DNA of 64,000 bases, taken from NCBI GenBank assembly GCA_965221905.1, contig OZ244922.1, forward strand, positions 2,688,001-2,752,000, in the 5' to 3' direction. This stretch comes from Chloroflexota bacterium (lineage in GTDB: Bacteria > Chloroflexota > UBA11872 > VXOZ01). Positions 58,481 to 64,000 of this stretch are shown here, one piece after another (the first letter of the stretch is position 1; every line of letters starts with the position of its first letter). Below the pieces are notes generated by a model, which saw only the letters and a program-made list of their open reading frames with translations, was not told the DNA's origin and ran no database searches. The position numbers and the translations under genes were made by a program.

Positions 58481-59533
58481 ATGAAGGGCACGACCATGGC
58501 GGACGATTTCCTAAATACTGCCGTTGTCGGCGTGGGCCTCATTGGTGAGCAGCACGCCGACGTTTATGCCGCGTATGAACGATCGAACCTCTCGCTTGTA
58601 TTTGACGCTAACCCGGACCGCGCCCAAACAGTGGCAGAGCGACTGGGTAGCAAAGCGGCTCCCGATCTGGACACCATTGCAGCTTCCGACGTAGCGCTCG
58701 TGAGCGTGGCTACACCTGATTTTGCCCATCGTGATGCGGTTGTTGCCATGCTCGAGGCCGGCAAGCACGTGCTAGTCGAAAAGCCGTTGGCCACGAGTGT
58801 CGCCGATGCCTTGGCAATGGTGCAGGCCGCCGAGCGCAACAATCGGCTCCTAAGCGTTAGCCTGGGCAATCGCTGGAGTGAGGATATCCAAGATCTCCGC
58901 GACTGCGTGCAGAGCGGCGAAATCGGCGACCCGATCTTTGGCTTCTCCCGCCTCTCCGATACGGTTTGGGTGCCAACGAAAATGCTCTCGTGGAGCAGCG
59001 AATCCGGCCCCCACTGGTTCCTGTTTCCCCACACGATGGACTACATGCGCTGGATCCTCGGGCAAGAAGCCGTGCGGGTCTATGCGCGCGGCGAAAAGCG
59101 CCTCTTGCCCCAGAAAGGCGTGGACGCCTATGATTTCGTGCAGGCAATGGTAGAGTTTGAAAATTGCACGGTGACCTTCGAAACCTCTTGGATTGTGCCG
59201 GAAGGCTACCCTGCCATCGTGGAACAGTATCTTTCCCTCTACGGCACGAAAGGGAAAGTAACCCTCGACCGCTCCAATCGCGGCTTCGCGCTGGATACGG
59301 AAGAGCGCCAACTGTCCATTAGACCCAAGATGTGGTCGTACTTCAAGACTCCGGAATCCTGGGGCAATTCCATGCGGAATATGGTGGATTGCGTTCTGGA
59401 CGGCGGCGAACCGGCGATACCCGGTCGGGATGGACTGGCTGTGGTCGCGATGATCGAAGCCGCCGAACGCTCCATCATCACCGGTCAGCCGGTAGAACCG
59501 GCCGGTTTGATCATGCAGCAGGTGGAGCACTAG
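58481..59533 (+). CDS. Gfo/Idh/MocA family oxidoreductase
   Basis: VVGVGLIG, VATPDFAH, VEKP. Confidence 0.9.
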   Translation: MKGTTMADDFLNTAVVGVGLIGEQHADVYAAYERSNLSLVFDANPDRAQTVAERLGSKAAPDLDTIAASDVALVSVATPDFAHRDAVVAMLEAGKHVLVEKPLATSVADALAMVQAAERNNRLLSVSLGNRWSEDIQDLRDCVQSGEIGDPIFGFSRLSDTVWVPTKMLSWSSESGPHWFLFPHTMDYMRWILGQEAVRVYARGEKRLLPQKGVDAYDFVQAMVEFENCTVTFETSWIVPEGYPAIVEQYLSLYGTKGKVTLDRSNRGFALDTEERQLSIRPKMWSYFKTPESWGNSMRNMVDCVLDGGEPAIPGRDGLAVVAMIEAAERSIITGQPVEPAGLIMQQVEH

Positions 59534-59673
59534 TTTCGGCCGGCCGTAAGTAAGCCGGTGCGGCTACCCACTGACAGGCGGGGATCGCTTCGGCTGCAAG
59601 TCAGACAAAATGCATCGAAAATACGTGGGGCGTGTTTGTGCGCCTCCTCTTCGTGTACGGGGGAATTGGGGAA

Positions 59674-60681
59674 ATGGACCAAATTGGCATCGGCGTGATT
59701 GCCGCCGGACAAATGGGTCAACGGCACGCGAACGTTTACCGGCAGCTTCCCGAAGTGCAACTGCGGGCCGTAGCCGACCTTAATCCACAGGCCGCCCACG
59801 CTGCCGCCGATCCGGCCGGCGCCGACGTATACGCTGACTGGCATGACGTGCTCGCGCGCGACGACACTCAGGCAGTGAGCATCTGCCTGCCGGACTGGCT
59901 TCACCGCGACGCGGTGATTGCGGCCGCTGAGGCCGGCAAGCACATCTTGCTGGAAAAGCCGTTGGCCATAGTACTTGCAGACGCGGATGCCATGGTCGCT
60001 GCCGTGGAGCGCGCCGGCATTACGCTCCTGGTAGGGCATACGCTCCACTTCGACCCCCGTTACGCCATGCCGCTGGAGTCATACCGACGCGGCGATATCG
60101 GCGACATCATCCACGTATTCGCCCGGCGCAACAACCCCATCACCAGCGCCCGGAAGTTCGAGGGCAACACCACGGTACTACAATTCCTGGGTATTCACGA
60201 CATCGAATACGTGCTTTCAATGGTTGATGAACCGGTTGTCCGCGTGACGGCGGAGTCGCACCAAGTGCTGGCGACTAACCTTGGCATCGATGACGCGGTC
60301 TTCACGCTTGTGAAATTCGCCTCGGGAGCGGTTGCCAGCTTCGAGCACGCGTGGACTCTGCCCGTCCAGACGTATCGCGCGCTGGACGCGCGCCTCGACG
60401 CCGTCGGTACTCAGGGGATGATCCGCATCGATTGCGCCCCAGCCACCAGCATGACGATCTCAACGCACGGCGTTGACACCCACGATACGTGGTACGGTCC
60501 GACCTTCGGCGATGATTACGCGGGCGCCATCTACCACGAGGTCAGACACTTCGTGGACTGCGTGCGCACTGGCGCTGAACCGGCAGTGAAGCTGGCCCAC
60601 GCGCATGAAGCAGTGCGGGTCGTGGCAGCGGCCCAGCAGTCAGCCGCAAGCGGCAATTCTGTCTCTCTATTGACTAGGTGA
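59674..60681 (+). CDS. Gfo/Idh/MocA family oxidoreductase
   Basis: IAAGQMG, ICLPDWLH, LEKP, GIHDI. Confidence 0.9.
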   Translation: MDQIGIGVIAAGQMGQRHANVYRQLPEVQLRAVADLNPQAAHAAADPAGADVYADWHDVLARDDTQAVSICLPDWLHRDAVIAAAEAGKHILLEKPLAIVLADADAMVAAVERAGITLLVGHTLHFDPRYAMPLESYRRGDIGDIIHVFARRNNPITSARKFEGNTTVLQFLGIHDIEYVLSMVDEPVVRVTAESHQVLATNLGIDDAVFTLVKFASGAVASFEHAWTLPVQTYRALDARLDAVGTQGMIRIDCAPATSMTISTHGVDTHDTWYGPTFGDDYAGAIYHEVRHFVDCVRTGAEPAVKLAHAHEAVRVVAAAQQSAASGNSVSLLTR

Positions 60682-60741
60682 GGACGGCAAGACAATTTCA
60701 TTGCAAGAAACCGCCGGCCTGCAGTTGAAACCCATTGCCTA

Positions 60742-60890
60742 CCGTTCGTGCTGAGCTTGTCGAAGCACATTCGTGAAAAGAGTACGGAGGCAGTCCTGCC
60801 TACCGTTCGTGCTGAGCTTGTCGAAGCACACTCCTGGTGAAGCGCGAAGACCGGCCCCCACATCCGTTCGTGCTGAGCTTGTCGAAGCAC
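60742..60890. repeat. Three identical 27-bp direct repeats separated by two 34-bp spacers
   Basis: ccgttcgtgctgagcttgtcgaagcac at 60742, 60803 and 60864. Confidence 0.92.
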
Positions 60891-60923
60891 GCGAGTTGCG
60901 GTGGCTGAAAGGTCACCTTGCTC

Positions 60924-62195
60924 TCACGCCACCACCCGCTCAAGCTGGCTAAACACCTTCTCAAACGCCCGCACGTAAGCCGCCATCAAAGTCTCATCGT
61001 TCGGAGGAGTCAGCCCCATTAACGGAATGACCCTATCCACCGCGTTAGCCGCGTGCGGATAGTCTTCGGGGCGGTATTCAATCGGCTCGCCGTAGCAGCA
61101 CGTCCAGGGACAGCCGCGGCCATAGCCCTCCTGCTCTTGGAAGAGCGTCATGCGGGGCAGCAAAAACTCCGCGCGGCCGAGGCCGACGCCTTCCGCCCGC
61201 AGCGCTTCTCGCACTTTCTCGCTTGCCGGCCCCGGTTCAACGTCCAATCCCGCCTCCTCCGGCGCGAACTCCGCCACGTAACGAAAATAGACGTGCGTGC
61301 GGTCGGACGGCACGTGCGGCAAGCGCAGACCGGGAATGCCAGCCAGATGCTCGTTCAGATAGGCGGCGTTTGCTTGAATGCGGGCAGTTGTTTCAGCGGT
61401 GCGCGTCATTTGCGAGCGGATGAACGCATTGGTCATCTCCGTCCCACGGTACATCCAGCCCATGCCGTAAACGTTGTATTCGCGCTCGCCGTCGGTGCGC
61501 CGTCGTTCGCCGAATTGCTGCACGCGCGCCGCCAAGTCCCAGGCTTCTTCATCGTCGGTTACCAGCGCGCCGCCTTCGCCGCCGGGCAGATTCTTGTTGC
61601 CGTTGAAGCTAAACGCGCCGATGTGACCGAGGGTGCCGACCGAGCGCCCGTTGTACGTCGCCGCCTGCGCCTGGCAGCAGTCCTCGATAACTTTCACGCC
61701 GTGTTTCTCCGCTACCGCCATGATGCCGTCCATGTCGGCGGGCAGACCGTAGAGGTGCACCGGCAAGATAGCACGCGTGCGCGGCGTGATCTTGGCCTCG
61801 ATCTGCTTGGGGTCCAGCGTGTAGGTCTCCGGATCGATGTCGGCAAAGACCGGAATCGCGTTGTGATGCAGGATGCTGGTCGCCGTAGACGACCAGGACA
61901 TGGGCGTGGTGATAACCTCATCACCCGGCTGAACACCGGCAGCAGCCACGGCCATGTGCAAGGCCGCCGTGCCGCTGTTCGTCACCAGGCAATGGCGCGC
62001 GCCCACGTACGCCGACCATTCCTCCTGCAGCGCCATCGCCTCCGGCGCTGCCGCGCCCCACAACACGCCTCGCTCCAGCACACCCATCACCGCCGCTTTA
62101 TCCCCCGCCGCCACCTGCGGCCACGGTTGCACGGCCCCCTCATCCACCGCCGCCAGCCCTCCCAATATCGCCAGTTCCTCCTGTGAACCCAGCAT
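60924..62195 (-). CDS. DegT/DnrJ/EryC1/StrS PLP-dependent aminotransferase
   Basis: NSGTAALH, PVHLYG, IEDCCQA, FSFNGNKNLPGGEGG. Confidence 0.93.
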   Translation of the reverse strand: MLGSQEELAILGGLAAVDEGAVQPWPQVAAGDKAAVMGVLERGVLWGAAAPEAMALQEEWSAYVGARHCLVTNSGTAALHMAVAAAGVQPGDEVITTPMSWSSTATSILHHNAIPVFADIDPETYTLDPKQIEAKITPRTRAILPVHLYGLPADMDGIMAVAEKHGVKVIEDCCQAQAATYNGRSVGTLGHIGAFSFNGNKNLPGGEGGALVTDDEEAWDLAARVQQFGERRRTDGEREYNVYGMGWMYRGTEMTNAFIRSQMTRTAETTARIQANAAYLNEHLAGIPGLRLPHVPSDRTHVYFRYVAEFAPEEAGLDVEPGPASEKVREALRAEGVGLGRAEFLLPRMTLFQEQEGYGRGCPWTCCYGEPIEYRPEDYPHAANAVDRVIPLMGLTPPNDETLMAAYVRAFEKVFSQLERVVA

Positions 62196-62276
62196 TGCTT
62201 CCTTCTTTCTTTGGCATGCCCAACAAAGTCGTAATCTATTGGCTGCACTAACTATGGAGGTCTATGTGTAGACCGG

Positions 62277-62954
62277 CTACTCTTCGCTAAACACCACGTA
62301 CCCAAACCGGTTTGGCATGTGGAACTGGATCTCGCCGGTGGGGGACCAGGCGGTGTATTCATCGGCGTCGTGGGCGCGGTCGATGCGGTAAAAGTTGGCG
62401 CGCCAGCGGTCGCCATGGCGGGGCGGCACGTGGGGCGCGGTCATGCACTGGTCGAAGGGGATCGCTATCTCGGTCGTCCAAGCGCGGTCGGTACCTGTGC
62501 GGGAGTTAACCACGCCATCCACCTGCACTGCCGTTTGCAGGTCGGGGCAATCCCAGCAGAAGAGCTCGTGACTCTTATCTCCGCGCCGGAAGCAGGCCAG
62601 ATCTACGATCACGTTGTTCGGGCTGACCTCAAACTCCAGAAACGACCATTCGTCGCAGTCGTCATCCAGGAAGACCTCCACCACCTCTTCATCCCACAGG
62701 GGTTCATCCCGATTCGTGTAGGTTCCCCAGATGTCCGGGTCTTCTGCCCGAAAGCCCACGTATAGGAAAGTATCGTCCCAGAGTGCGCGTACTTCCGTTG
62801 GGTAGCGCGGGGCATCGCCGCTGACGGTTTCTACGAGATGCAACGGTTCCGCATGCTGCCAGGCTGGTTCGTCGAGCGCGCCGTCGACCGTGATCGGCGA
62901 CGTGGCGCGACGGCAGATGTAGGAAGGAATTGGAGGAAGTATGGAGTTTGTCAT
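62277..62954 (-). CDS. Carbohydrate-binding family 9-like protein
   Basis: ITVDGALDEPAW, LWDDTFLY, EVVEVFLD, WTTEIAIPF, WRANFYR, FHMPNRFG. Confidence 0.85.
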   Translation of the reverse strand: MTNSILPPIPSYICRRATSPITVDGALDEPAWQHAEPLHLVETVSGDAPRYPTEVRALWDDTFLYVGFRAEDPDIWGTYTNRDEPLWDEEVVEVFLDDDCDEWSFLEFEVSPNNVIVDLACFRRGDKSHELFCWDCPDLQTAVQVDGVVNSRTGTDRAWTTEIAIPFDQCMTAPHVPPRHGDRWRANFYRIDRAHDADEYTAWSPTGEIQFHMPNRFGYVVFSEE

Positions 62955-63100
62955 TGGTCCTAAGTCCTTATTGTGCTTTGGCAGCCTAGGTCAGCCACTA
63001 TAGGGACAAGCGCAAGTATTCACCAGGTTCATTTCTTGATGGAGGAGATTTCTGCAAGACTGTTCCAAGCAAGCGAAATGCATTGCCATGACGAGGAATC

Positions 63101-63133
63101 CCCCCTCACCGTAACCCTCTCCCCCAGGAGAGG
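63101..63133. repeat. REP-like element of the CCCCTCACC-CCCTCTCCC-GAGAGGG family
   Basis: ccccctcaccgtaaccctctcccccaggagagg. Confidence 0.6.
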
Positions 63134-63224
63134 GAACTGGAGACGGCGGAAAGGGCGCTCTGACCCGTTACTCAATCTATGTGACGTCTTCCCAATGAAG
63201 TGGCAGACAACCCGGTCTGCCCTA

Positions 63225-64000
63225 TTACGTCACATCTAACCATACCGGGCTTGACCACGCCATCTCGTCATCTTCTTGCGTTACGCGCACGTAGTAGTAG
63301 TCTCCCGTGCGCGCTGCGCCAGCGTCCTCCCATGTAAGGTCAACACCGTGAGCGGGATTCTGCCACGTATGCACGTCCTCGTTGTTCTTTATCACCGTCA
63401 CGCTGCCGAGCGGCGCGGTGCCGATCACGTTCACGACCAGCCGACGGGGATCGGTGGACCCAAGCGCAAGATCAGACCCCATCCAGCAGTCATTCACCTT
63501 GAATGAGAGTAAAATGCGCGCGCCGGAGGTGGCATAGGTGCGCCGCGCCCGCCAGGCCGCGAAGATCTCCTTACGCGTGAGGCCCGTCGCCCACACGACC
63601 GCCAGTCCCGACGGTTTCCAAATCGCGTCGGCCACAGACTTGCTGAACTGCTCACCGATACCCGCGTAGCCGGGACGGGCGTCGTGGTTGTCGCTGCCGG
63701 CGATCACGCCCACGCGCGATCCGGTAGCCAGCACTTCCTGCAGCGAAAGGCCGCCCTGTGTCCGCCACGGCTGGCGCGGATTGCCCCGAATCTCCGAGTT
63801 ACCCCAGCCGGAATACATCTCCAGCAGCCGTTCATACTTGGGATTGTGCTGGTGCCAGCGAATGCCCGCCAGCGGGTGGTGGCCGAATGCCAGCACGTCC
63901 TCGCGGCCTTCCAGGTGATGCCACACGCGCTCGAGATTCCCCGTCGCGACCGCACTCCCGCGCAGAATTTGATGGTAGTCGTTTTCGCTGTAGACGTTGC
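63225..64000 (-). CDS. PHP-like metallohydrolase (DUF3604/CehA-McbA-like), C-terminal part; gene starts beyond the window
   Basis: Frame open to the window end; GSDNHDARPG, RRTYATSG, YYYVRVTQ..MAWSSPVW. Confidence 0.8.
   Translation of the reverse strand, partial: NVYSENDYHQILRGSAVATGNLERVWHHLEGREDVLAFGHHPLAGIRWHQHNPKYERLLEMYSGWGNSEIRGNPRQPWRTQGGLSLQEVLATGSRVGVIAGSDNHDARPGYAGIGEQFSKSVADAIWKPSGLAVVWATGLTRKEIFAAWRARRTYATSGARILLSFKVNDCWMGSDLALGSTDPRRLVVNVIGTAPLGSVTVIKNNEDVHTWQNPAHGVDLTWEDAGAARTGDYYYVRVTQEDDEMAWSSPVWLDVT

Noticed and set aside
60742-60890. Bona fide CRISPR array
   Set aside because: Only three repeats, no cas genes or leader, and the same unit occurs as dispersed single copies at 27888 and 42398; kept as a repeat finding
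61053-62186. 377-aa plus-strand ORF
   Set aside because: Antisense shadow of the DegT aminotransferase

Overview
High-GC bacterial chromosomal window; a Chloroflexota-like origin is inferred from gene content and the secreted glycoside hydrolase architecture, not verified. Most of it is housekeeping and carbohydrate metabolism: wzm/wzt and galU, five intact Gfo/Idh/MocA oxidoreductases, larBC, eno, folD-fchA, purSQLFMN, UPF0182, an FtsH-like protease, nrdR, mnmE, pyrE and recQ. The standout is a ~12 kb minus-strand locus (16.5-28.7 kb). It carries mauE-like and mauD-like genes, then a small protein with a MauA-like twin-arginine leader whose 60-aa mature part has 8 Cys, 6 His and no Trp, so it cannot be a TTQ methylamine dehydrogenase subunit; mauB and mauG are absent from the window. 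Directly downstream is a tandem array of seven paralogous Tat lipoproteins of the solute-binding-protein fold plus a remnant of an eighth, with no ABC permease or ATPase. The array shows shared REP-like hairpin spacers, a 1.55-kb duplication, mosaic paralogs, two frameshifted copies and a deletion scar. Other notable items: an NrdR with two tandem zinc ribbons behind a candidate tandem NrdR-box pair, a FolD lacking cyclohydrolase residues next to FchA, a 27-bp repeat trio with exact 61-bp periodicity, and several dispersed hairpin repeat families. No rRNA, tRNA, transposase, integrase or cas gene was recognised. All calls come from reading motifs by eye; no database search was run.
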